The notes beneath the pieces are model-generated. The model was not told where the DNA came from, made no database searches, and saw only the letters and a list, made by a program, of their open reading frames with translations. 64,000 bases of DNA from Candidatus Latescibacterota bacterium (lineage in GTDB: Bacteria; Latescibacterota; UBA2968). Of this stretch, positions 29,240 through 41,000 are shown one piece after another (position 1 is the stretch's first letter; each line of letters starts with the position of its first letter). Location of the stretch: NCBI GenBank assembly GCA_965207885.1, contig OZ242311.1, forward strand, positions 3,072,001-3,136,000. The letters run 5' to 3'. The translations under genes were made by a program, and so were the position numbers.

Positions 29240-32200
29240 GTCGCAAAAGATAAAGGTACGCATCTTCGAGGGTGGGCGCAACAGCACGCGCTTCTGGGAT
29301 GGGATCAGTAGCGAGGAATCGCACCCGAATCCCGTCGGGCACGCGCACATGTGTAATCATATCCAGGTCGCGTTCCAGCGCTTCAAAACGCGGATCTGGC
29401 AGCAGAGCCTCCCACACCTTATCGCGCGCCAAATCGCGCATCTCAATCGGGGTTCCCGTATAAAGCAACTTGCCGTGATTCAGCACGGCCAATCGGTTGC
29501 AACTACCCGAAATATCTTCGACAATATGCGTAGAAAAAATAATGATTTTTTCCTGGCTAAATCGCGCCAGCAGATTTCTGAACCGGATACGCTCGAGTGG
29601 GTCCAATCCCGCTGTCGGCTCATCCACCACAATAATCTGCGGCAAGTGCAACAGGGTTTGTGCAATGCCCACGCGCTGTTTCATACCGCCGGAGAACGAC
29701 CCAATCAGATCGTCTCGCCTATCCCACAGATTGACCTGCTCCAGACATTCCTGAACGCGCTTGCGTCGTGCTACCCCATCCTTAAATCCCTCTAAAAGCG
29801 CGCGATACTCCAGATAATTATACGCAGACATGTGCAGGTACAGGCCAAAGTGCTGCGGCAAATATCCAATGACCCCCTGCATATTCCGATGTGTAAGTGG
29901 TATTTTACCATTTGCGAGTACCGACCCGTAATTTGACGACAAAACCCGACACACAATCCGCATCAGCGTGGTCTTGCCCGCGCCATTGGGCCCCAAAAGC
30001 CCAAACATCCCGCGCGGAATATCGAGACTCACACCGCCGAGAGCCTGGAATTGCGGGCGCGGAACACCAATCAGGGGTATGGCTGCAGCGCCGCGGTACA
30101 CGATGCCCTTAACAGGACCTAATTTGCCCGGTATATGCTCGGGATCAACGCGACCATTTGCTACGCGATTTGCCAAAAATCCGATGATGCGATAGAGCAA
30201 GTAGATTGCAGAAGTGGCGATGGTCAAAGATATAAGTTCCAAACGCCAATGGATAAAGGCGATAAAGACCAGCGGCAAAATCAATCGGACGATTTGTGAT
30301 ATCCATCTGTTCTCAATCTGAAAATCGCGCAAAGCCGCCGCGCATAGCACGAGGTGATGTATGAGGCCCCATATAGCAAGCCCCGCCAAAAATATCCAGG
30401 CTCCCTGTTCAAAATAGGTTTCCAAGTAAATCAAAAGTGCCAGAAGTGGTAACTTCCACCACAAACTGTCCCTGATCGCCTTTTTATCTACCAATACCTG
30501 CCCGCGCTCTAAAAGGCGCTGATGACGCCGCTTAAAGCGATCCCATTCATGCTTAAATCGCCCCGGCGCACCGTAAATTTTTGTCAGATTGCGAATTTCG
30601 AGATGCTCAATATTGCCGATCTCAGCAAGAGAAGCCATACGCGCGCGATAAATGCGTTGCACTATCCAGATCACACCCATACACAACATCCACGCTGGCA
30701 ATGCCAAAAGATAGGTCCAGAACAAACTCTGGTAATAATCGTCAACCCAATACGTCAATCCCGCGGCTGCTGTTGTTCCCAATACGATCCCGAACCAGCC
30801 AATATCCGTAAGCCAGGCTTTGGTCTGGTCAATTCCCATGTACACCACGGGAATAAATACGAGGGTGGAAACTGTTGAAACCGCCAGCCCTCCGATTACC
30901 ACAATCGCAAAGGGTGGCCAAATTTCGTAATCGCCGCCAAATATGAGTGCCAGAGGCAACATGCCCAAAATGGTGGTTGCCGAAGTCATTAATACAGGAC
31001 GCACGCGCGACCGGCTCGCCGTGAGCACCGCGCGTTCTCGCCTGAACCCACGGCGGCGAAGGGTTTCAATCGCATCAATCAGCACGATCCCATTGTTGAC
31101 GGCAATACCGCTCAAAACAATAAGCCCCAACAGTGCCATTGGCGCTTCTTGTGAGGTCAATCCCGTCCCCGATAAGATCAGTGCCCAGCACGATCCAATA
31201 ATTGCTGCGGGCAACGTGCACAAAATAATCACAGGCGCAGAAAGCGATTCAAACAAAGAGGCCAAAATCATAAAAATCAATAGAGCGGCAATGCCCATCA
31301 TCCAGTAATAAATTGTCTCTTCCTCTGCCTCAATCATTTCGATACTATACCCTTCGGGCAGCACCATTTCAGAGACCACAGCTTGCACATAAGCGCGGGA
31401 GGCTTCCAGCAGAGGTTGAGACTGCAAAATTTCTTCGGCAAAGCGGTACGAGACAATCACGCGCCGCGATTGATCGGTGCGCAAAATCATGCTCCTGCCC
31501 TGATCCCGGCGCACATGCGAAACTTCTACAAGGGGGATATAAGTCCCCCCCGTACCCAGAATCGGCGTCTGTCTCAATCCCGCAATACCCTCCCCCTCTT
31601 CTTCCGGGTCTTCGACATTGCGAACATCAATCGGGATTTCAGTGCCTTCGGGTGTGAGAAATGAAATATTGGATCGCGCACCGCGCGGATTGGCGTCGGA
31701 TACGGCATTGAGCACCTGGCGCACCTGCAATCGCCGATCAAACATTATTTCTTCATCGGGCAAAACATGCACTTCAGATGCGCCGCGTTCTGCATCGGCT
31801 CTTACGCTATTCGGATCGATTTCCTCCAATTCTTCGAGGCGATAGACCAGATCGTCGGCAAGCATTTGAAGCACCGTAAAATCATAGCCGCGAATGACAG
31901 CCATTTCCGAAGGCGCGCCACCTTCCAGATTGAATCCGCCCGAGGCCTGACGGGTGCCCCGAATACCGCCTCCCCCGCCTCCCCCTCGGCCCCCACCACC
32001 ACCTCCCCTGCCCGTGCGCGCGATGGCCTCATAACTCACAATCGCATTTTGGACTTCACCGAATGACTCTTCGAGATTTTCCTTGATGAGATCGACAGAA
32101 ATCTGGTCGGGGCGTTCGGATAAGGGCAAAAGCGCTACATTGATACTCGCCTGGGTTTCGCTGATACTGGTCGTAAAGCGATCTATACCTTTGAGATCTC

Positions 32201-33932
32201 GCACAGCACTTTCAATTTCGCCAACAACAGCATCAAGGGCTTCAATAGTCGTGCCTTCGGGCATGCTGATATAGACGGTAAAACGGCTTTCCTCGCGGCG
32301 AATATCTTGTTGCAGCATATAGAAAAAAGAAATGATCAGCGTAATGACAAGCGCGCCGACAATACCCAGTGACACGCTAATTCTGTGGCGCAAGCCCGCT
32401 TTGAGGCACACCGTGTACATCTCGATCAATGCGCCTGTTCCCGTCGGTGGTCGAGATGCGAGAGAAAGGGTTTTCGATGCGAGGGCAGGCACAAGTGTGA
32501 GGGCTACGAGCAGAGAGGCAAGCAGAGGAAAGGCGATGGACAGCGCGAATTCTCGCAGGATATCCTGAAAGTCGCTTTGAATAAAAACAACAGGTAAAAA
32601 GACTGTAATGGTTGTCGCGGTTGCCGCAACAACGGCGCGTGCGACCTCATCGGTTCCTGCTTTTGCGGCTTCTTTGGGGGATTTGCCCTGTTCAAAATGC
32701 TTGAAGATATTTTCCATGACCACAATGCCATTGTCCATCAACATGCCAACTGCAAGCGCGAGGCCGCACATCGAGAGCACGTTCAAACTGAGATCCCACA
32801 TATACATCAAATTAAATGTGAGCAACAAAGAACACGGAATGGCGAGGAGCAAAACAGCGACAAAACGCAAATTTCTCAAAAATAAGAACAAAACAAAAAG
32901 CCCGAGCAATCCCCCGACAACAGCGGCCCGTTTGAGAAAATTGAGGGCTTCGTTCATAATCTCTGCCTGATTCTGGCTGATCACGAGCTGGATATTTTCA
33001 TAGGCGAGATCGCCGTTGACGCGTTCTATGGTGTCTTCGAGTTCTCCTGCAAGTTCGATGAGATTGGCTTCATCGTCTTTTTGAATGCGGATGCCAACGG
33101 CGGCTTTGCCATTGATTCGTTGCAGGTCTGTACGCTCCTGAAGGCCGTAGCGAATTTTGGCAATGTCGCCAAGGTGCAGGGGCAATTCCGGTTTGATAAC
33201 GACTCTGCGGATTTGCACGAGGTCTGTAAATTGGCCCTGAATGCTGACCGCATAAGCCTGGTCGCCGTCGTACACTCGCCCGAGATATTGTCGTCGCGTA
33301 TTAAACGCATTGATGCGATTGCGAACATCGGACATCGAAAGCTGGTGCGCCTGCAGCATCAATGGATCGACAATAATTTCAATAGCCGTCCTTTGCCCAC
33401 CCAGGACCTGCGCGTTGACAACGCCATCGACCGCTTCCAATTCCGGTCTGATTTTCTCCTCGGCAAATTCGCGCAACCAGTTTATATCGCCTTCGCCCAA
33501 CACGTGGATTTGCATCACCGATGCACTCAGATCAGAGGAATCAAAGCGCTGTATGTTGACCCGCGTTCTTGCGGGCAAAAGCGGTTGCAGGCGCGTGATG
33601 CGGCTTTCGAGCTGTAGCAGGGCGAATTTCATATCCGTATTGGGCGCGTAGGAAATGCGTACCCCGCCGTTATTCTGGCGCGAAAAGGACTCATACGCCT
33701 CAATGCCTTCGAGTTTGCCCACCTCTCTCTCGACGGGCATCACCAATTCCCGCTCGACCTGTTCGGGCGAATAGCCCTGCTGAGTGACTGTGACAAAGAC
33801 CTCCGGGCGGACGAGTTCGGGAAATATCTGAACGGGCAACCGATCCAATGAAATCGCGCCTAAAATAGCCAGACCTATAAAAAACATGGCCGTAGTCACG
33901 GGCCGCAGAACGGCAATACCAGCAAGTGTCAC
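29205..33932 (-). CDS. RND (AcrB-like) permease fused to extra TM helices and an ABC ATPase (1575 aa)
   Basis: RND motifs RPVTT, [26 protein letters not shown] and [11 protein letters not shown]. C-terminal NBD with [23 protein letters not shown] and STH, all in one frame. Confidence 0.9.
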   Translation of the reverse strand: [1575 protein letters not shown]

Positions 33933-36900
33933 GCGGATTTCCTCCGGAGGCGATCAATTAGTTCATACATGGTGGGTATCACGAGTAAGGTCATCAATGT
34001 CGATGTCACCAGGCCGGCAATGACGGCAATAGCCATAGGCGCGCGCAATTTTGCCCCCTCGCCAAAGCCGATTGCCATGGGCAGCAGGGCGAGAATAGTC
34101 GTCGCACTCGTCATCATAATGGGGCGCAAGCGGTCTTGACCGCCCTGTAGAATCGCTTCTCGCAACGTCAGGCCAGCTTGCCTGAGCTGGTTGATGCGAT
34201 CCACGAGAATGATCGCATCGTTGACCGCAATACCGCCTAGCATAATGATGCCGATATAGGCCATCACACTGAGCGGTTCGCCCAAAAAATAGAATCCAAA
34301 TATCACGCCGACGCCGGCTAAGGGAACGGAAAACATGACGGTAAACGGATGGAGCGTGGATTCAAATAGCGATGCCATCACCATATAGACCAGCACAATC
34401 GAAAGCAGGAGCGCAAATTTGAGACTTTCAAATGATGCCGCTCGCTCGCGCTCTTCTCCGCCAATTTCAATGCGATACCCCGACGGCACAACCACTTCCT
34501 GCATGGTGGCGCGTACGTCGGCAACGGCTTCACTTAAAATGCGTCCTTCTGTGAGATATCCCGTAATGCGCCCTACGCGACGCTGATCTTCTCTCAAAAT
34601 TTCGCGGGGACCTTCAATAATATTGAGCTCGGCAATATCCCCCAACGTCAGGATCGCGCCATCTGTTCCTTCGATTTGCATGGTGTGGAGTTCGCGCAGA
34701 TCAATATCTCGATATTTTACCCGAATATCCCGCGTGCGCTGGTCTTTAGACAGTTCGCCAGCAACTTCACCCGATAATTGTCTTTCCAATGTGCGGCTGA
34801 TGGTCTGGGTGGTCAATCCGAATGCCGCCGCTACCTCATCGCGAATCGCCAGATCGACTTCTGGCTGCCCGCCCTGAAAGCTCGTGCGCACATTGTACAC
34901 CGAAGGCAGATCCTCAATCCTCGTCTGAAGCTCTTTTGTGATGCGTGCCAAAATATCGAGATTTTCTCCAGACACTTCGACCTGAATGGGCGCTTCTTGT
35001 CCCCCCATTACGCCTTCAAGCGCGGTTTCGTGCAACTTGTATTTCACTTCGATATCGGGCATGGCACTTAAAATGGGATCCAGGTCGCGCACCAATTCGC
35101 TGACGCTGCGCGACCGCTGTGTGTGCAACGCCACCGATAGAGTCGCGCGATTGGGACCCGTCGGTTCGCCTCCGGTCGATATCCGAGCGGGGTTGAGGCC
35201 GGTCAGCGCGTACACATGCGCCACATCACTCCCGCCAACGCTTTCGACAATCTCTTTGACGTGCAGGGCGACCTGATCGCTCAGTTCCACACGCGAGCCT
35301 TCGGACAATGTGAGGTCAATTTGGAATAGCCCTTGATCTTCGCGCGGAATAAATTCTGTCTGCAACTCGCGGGCGATATACCCGGTTCCGCCCAGAATGA
35401 GCAATACGACGCCGAGCATGATGAGTTTGCGGTTCAAAATACCATTGAGAAACCGATAGTATTTGTCCGACCGAACAGTCGTTTTGTGCGTCGTATTCAA
35501 CCGTCTAAAGATGCGCGACGTCAGCATCGGAATCGTCGTCATTGCCACAACCAGAGAAGACAACAGAGAAAATGCAACTGTCCATGCCTGATCCACAAAG
35601 AGTTTGCCCGCCAGCCCCTGCAAATAGACAATGGGCAAGAAGACAGCCACGGTCGTCAGCGTTGAAGCCAAAATTGCCACGCCGACTTCAGAGGCGCCGC
35701 GGCTCGATGCTGTGCGCGCGTCCTCGCCGCTTTCCAGGTGACGATAAATATTCTCAATAACCACAATGGCATTGTCAACGAGCATGCCCGCACCCAGAGC
35801 CAACCCGCCCAGCGTCATAATATTCAGGGACAGCCCTTCAAAGTACATAAGTGTGAATGTCGCCAATACTGAAATGGGAATTGCCAACCCTATCACCAGC
35901 GTCACTGTCCAACTCCGCAACGCGATCAAAAGCACGAGAATCGCCAAAAATGCCCCGTGAATGGCTGATGTTTCGACTTCTCCTATGGCATCTTCGACAA
36001 ATCGCGCCTGGTTTTCGACGGTTGTGAAGTGCATGCCGCTCAGGTCTGCTTCGATATCGTCTATCGCATCCAATACCGTATTGACCACGGCGACTGTATT
36101 GCTACCGGCTTCTTTGTAAATAGCGAGGCCAACGCATTCCCGTCCGTCGAGGCGCACAATGGTTTCTCGCTCTTGATATTCCAGGTCAACCGTGCCCACG
36201 TTGCGCACGCGTACCGGCACGCGATCGCCAGAAACTGTGCCCCCTCCCCCGCGCCTTTCTCCCACGATGACTTCCCGCACATCGTTTATGTCATCTAAGC
36301 GACCGAGGGCTTTGACCAGATACGACTGCTGATTTTCTCTGAGCGTACCTCCGGATACATCGGCATTTGCCTGTGCGATGCGGTTGATGACCGCATCGGA
36401 TGAAAGTCCAAACGCTTCGAGCAAATAAGGATCGAGTGTAACGCGCACTTCCTTTTCCGCTCCCCCTTCCACCTCGGCAGACGCCACGCCGTCGAGGGCT
36501 TCCAATTTGGGTTTGATCAACAATTCTACCGTACCCATCAATGCGTCGAGTTCCGTGTTTTCGTCTGCTGTAATCGCAATGCGCATCACCGCAAGCGAGA
36601 GCGGATCTTCGCGCGTCACATCCAACTGTGATACATCTTCATTGACCGCATAGCGCCCCACTCTTTTTTGCACGTCGAGCAACCCGTAATCCATGTCCGC
36701 ATCCCAGGCAAATTCTGCAATGACCACAGCCTGCCCAGAGCGGGTAATCGAATAGACGCGCTTGACGCCGTTAATCGTGCTCACATCGCGTTCGAGGCGG
36801 CGCGTATAGCTTTCTTCAATCTCGACAGGCGATTTGCCCGGTGCTGTCAGGTCTATGGTGACGACTGGCGTCTGCAAATCGGGCAAGAGATCGGTACCCA

Positions 36901-36994
36901 ACCCGTCTAACGATATCCATCCAAGCAACACTACCGCGAGAGTCGCCATGGCAATCGTCACGGGATATCGCGTTGAAAATTCCGGCAAATTCAT
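33929..36994 (-). CDS. RND efflux permease (AcrB/SwrC-like)
   Basis: RYPVT, [26 protein letters not shown] and [9 protein letters not shown].TT motifs. Confidence 0.93.
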   Translation of the reverse strand: [1021 protein letters not shown]

Positions 36995-38064
36995 CGTCTA
37001 TCTCCCGTGACCCGCACTCGAGTTCGCGGCCTCAGCGTTTCGTAATTGCTCGTGATCAACTGTTCACCTGGTTCAAGTCCTACCACAATTTCCACGCGGT
37101 CTCGGTCTTCCAGACCTGTTTCGACTTCGCGTTGTTGTGCGCGGCCTTCTTCTTCGACGAAAACGACCTTCTGATTTCGCCGCCGCAAAACGAGATTGCG
37201 CGTAATAAGTACGACGTTTTGCCGCGATTCCGTGACTATTTCTGTTTTGACAAACATCCCCGCCCGCAACAGCAAGTCGGGATTATCGACCATTCCGACG
37301 ACCTGAACCGTGCGCGTGACCGGATCAATAGCCGGATCCATTTCAACAATCTCGCCCTCAAAAACTTCTTCGGGCAAAGCGTAATTGCTCACGCGGATGC
37401 TCTGGCCCAATTTCACGTTAATAATCTGGGCATTGGGAATTTTCAGATCGACAAATACCTGTGAATAATCCATAATTTTTGCGATTGCGGTATTCGGCGT
37501 CACCAGCGTTCCCTGCGTAATATCCGCGAGTTCCGACAACACACCCTGTATGGGAGCTAAAAGCCTGGTTTTGTCGATCTTGATGAGGGCATCCTGATAA
37601 TTGGCTTCTGCATCGGCCCAGGCTCTACGCGCACTTTCGACGTCCATTTCCGTTGCCAGTTGTCGGCTAAACAGGGTTTCCTGTTCTTTTAGCGTTCGCT
37701 TGGCTGTTTCAACCGCCAGTTTACGCGCTTCCACCCGTGCGCCGACAACCCATTCGTCGCTGTCGAGTCGCGCTATGGTTTGCCCCCTTCTAACCTCTGC
37801 CCCTTTGGCGAGTAGGCGGTTATTACTCCCCTTGCTCCAGTACAGATTTCCCCGAATCTCCGTTGTGATCTGGGCTTCGCGCACAGGTCTAAGTGTCCCG
37901 GTCGCTGTCACAATGGATTCGATTGTTCCCGTCTCTACGGATTGAACAGTAACGGGAACCGTCAGGTCAACGGTGCGCTGTTCCGCCTGTTGATCACAGG
38001 CGACCAGCCCACAAAGGACAATTGTCAACAGAAATTTTGAGCAAAAATCAAACTTCACGTTCAT
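36991..38064 (-). CDS. Efflux RND periplasmic adaptor (MFP) lipoprotein
   Basis: Lipobox GLVAC; lipoyl motifs G..V.RGQ.IARLD and APIQG; DP.TRT and L.AGMF. Confidence 0.9.
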   Translation of the reverse strand: MNVKFDFCSKFLLTIVLCGLVACDQQAEQRTVDLTVPVTVQSVETGTIESIVTATGTLRPVREAQITTEIRGNLYWSKGSNNRLLAKGAEVRRGQTIARLDSDEWVVGARVEARKLAVETAKRTLKEQETLFSRQLATEMDVESARRAWADAEANYQDALIKIDKTRLLAPIQGVLSELADITQGTLVTPNTAIAKIMDYSQVFVDLKIPNAQIINVKLGQSIRVSNYALPEEVFEGEIVEMDPAIDPVTRTVQVVGMVDNPDLLLRAGMFVKTEIVTESRQNVVLITRNLVLRRRNQKVVFVEEEGRAQQREVETGLEDRDRVEIVVGLEPGEQLITSNYETLRPRTRVRVTGDRR

Positions 38065-38076
38065 TCCTCCGTTAAA

Positions 38077-41000
38077 TTAAAATCCCAAAAATCCGCCGCC
38101 CCCCCTGTTACCACCGGGACCTCGCCTACCATCCCCGACGCGATCACCACCGCCACGTCCGCCACCTGGTCCACCTCTGCCGCGCCCGGTAAAGGTGGGC
38201 ATTTCATCTTCGTAGGCATCGGGGTTTTCCGGATCAAAAAAGCGCCATCGCACGGCATCGGCATAGAGACCCCCTCGCCCTTCTGCGCGGTCAGACAATT
38301 CGACTGCGGCTTCTTCGCCCTCGGTAAATTTGTATCGACCCAGATAATTCCATCCCGCTTTCATCTGGTCGCGTTCTATTTCGATTGTATCGGCTTTGCC
38401 CCCGTGAAAAACCGTGAGTGTAAAGGTCGATGCAATTCGAATGCGCCTGGCCATTGAGGGATCGGGAAAAAAGAAGCTCACATCGTACTCGCCGTCTCTG
38501 GGCATTTGCGCTGCCCAAACCGCAGGCTGTGCACCATCCCCTTGAGACTTTCTTCGGTAATTTGTCTCAAATCGTCCAAAGGCCATTGGCAGTCCCTGTT
38601 CGCGCCAGTTGCCGCCTTTGAGTCCGGGCCGGAAGTAGCGCGTTGCGCGCCGCACGGGCATTGAAAATCCGTCGTCGTCATTATCTACAATAATCTCAAC
38701 AGGACCAGACTCTTCGCCTGTCACGTCTTTGACATAAGCAACTGGAAATCCCTCTGTGACATCTTCGGGAACGCGCACGGGGGACATCAGAGAGCGCCGA
38801 TTGCGCGCAAAAAAGGGTTCGACCATCACCCTGAATGGTTGCTCCCACAGAACCATCGAAACTTCAACCTCCTGTCCCCCTTCAATCTCTACGCCCTTCA
38901 GGGCCTCATCGCCCCGCCCCGTAGCAGTAATTTGCACATATCCCCTGCCCGGTTCGCTATTCTTAATCCGCAGAATCAATTGATAGACCACCATTCCAAA
39001 GCCGTCGTCCATCTTCAGAGCTTTTACCCTTGTGAGGGTATAGCCCGGGATTTCTGTACTAAAAATCCAGTCGTTGACGAGGCGTTGCAATTTTTGGCTC
39101 TCTTCACTTTCTGTGGTATCGCCCACAGCGGCGCGTTCAAAGGTCGAAAAATCGATGTCCTCGTATTTGTGATTGTGGTCTATGTCGTCTAAGACCGTGC
39201 GAAATGTTTCCTCACCTAAAAAAGATTCCATCATTTGAAAAAGTGCGGGTCCCTTGGCGTCGAGAACCTGGCGATAGAGGCCAGCTTGCTTTTCGGGATT
39301 CAAATCGGCAAATGATTTTCGTTGCATTTTCGCAATTAACGTATCCCAGGCAGCACCCGATCCCCCGCCCGAGCCGAAGCGCCCACCGGGACCACCGCGC
39401 CCTCCGGGACCACCGCGCCCTCCGGGACCATCGCGCCCGCCTGGTCCACCACGCCCGCCACCGCGTCGTTGGCTCGAATAAAACGCAGAGGTCATATCGG
39501 TGCTCAAATCATTCTGGAGATACAGGGGCATGCCCTTTTTGAGAAGGGAATGATGTTCGCCCACAAACTGCTTGTCATAAGCCCAGAGTTGAACAACAGG
39601 GCTGCGAAACAACCCACCGGGTTGTCCCTGTCTGCCCGAATTTCCTTCTCGGGAAAAAAAGGTCGAAAAAACCGCGCGTACCAAAAGGTCCTTTTTAATA
39701 TCTTTGGGTTCACGGTTGCCGCGCGAGCGCTCTTGAGAACGCCTAAAATCGCGGGTAAATTGCTGCCTCATGAACACATCTTCTTCAATCATCAACACGC
39801 CGGGCTGTGTCAACCCACCCTTTTCTTCCCAGCCTTCGTAATACCACTGAACGTGGAAGGGAATTTCCACTAGAGAAAGACTGGGATAGGGATATTTCAT
39901 GCCCGATTCCTGCTCCATTGCGTCCATAATTTGCTCAAGTGCGCGCAAAATCTCTTCCTCGGCATCTTCAAAAAATCGGACCGGACGCAGATGCGATGGG
40001 TGGGCGTAAAGGGCGCATTCGACATCGTGAATGGTCGCGCGATAAACGCGGTATTCGCCCGCATTTAGCGATAGGACGGGCACGGGCTTATCAATAACCC
40101 ATTGGCGCGTTACCTGTGTGCCGAGTGTATCGGATTCGCCTACCTGTCCTTGAGTAATGACTTCGATGCCTTGCGGATATGTTATTTGCAAATTTGCCGT
40201 TGAAAAAGAGACCTTACGCGTGTCCTCATAGCCGTAATCAACGCCTGTCACGGGATACCATCGGCTGCGCGGAGGCAAAAAGACGGAATTGTCGCGAATC
40301 CACGCCGTCAAAGAGCCTTTATTAAATATACCAAATGGCCCTTCGCGTTTGCGCAGCTTCGGTCTCGCTTTTTCTCGTTGGAGATCAAAACCATCCGTGT
40401 TAATATCACCCGCATAAGCCAATGTCAGATCGAATTCTCGCTCCGATTGCAGGGGGTTAGCGGGTATGACGCGGATCACGCTTCCCATACGCTCCCACGC
40501 TATTGCGCCGCCATCGCCGCGTGTTAGATTCTGGATTTTGAATCCGGGGTTGAGTGAAAGAATCAGCGTATCGAGCGGAGATTCGTGGGGGTTTTTCAAT
40601 CTAATCGTACCTGAGGCGGCAAGCGGCTCCTCCCCCAAAAGTGTCAATGCCAGATCGTAATGGGTTATTTCCGCAACGGGAATATTCGCTACCGCTTCTT
40701 GTTGCTCTAACAGCGAATGGCGATACGCTTGCCCGTCTTGCGCCGCTGCATCCATATAAAAGTAAAGGCCCACAGCCAGACCAAAACCGGTCACTGCACA
40801 GCCGCGGCCAAACCACCGCGCAATCAAAGAATGTGCAAGACGGGGATACCAATCAATTGAAAAGCCAAAAAATCCAATGCCGAGCAGGATGTAAAACAGG
40901 CGCTTTAGCCCCACTTGCGTCATATCTGCCAGACCAATCAGGTCGGAATAATACAGAGGCGTAAAAAAAGCACCAAAGTCATAGATGCCGTCATATCGCC

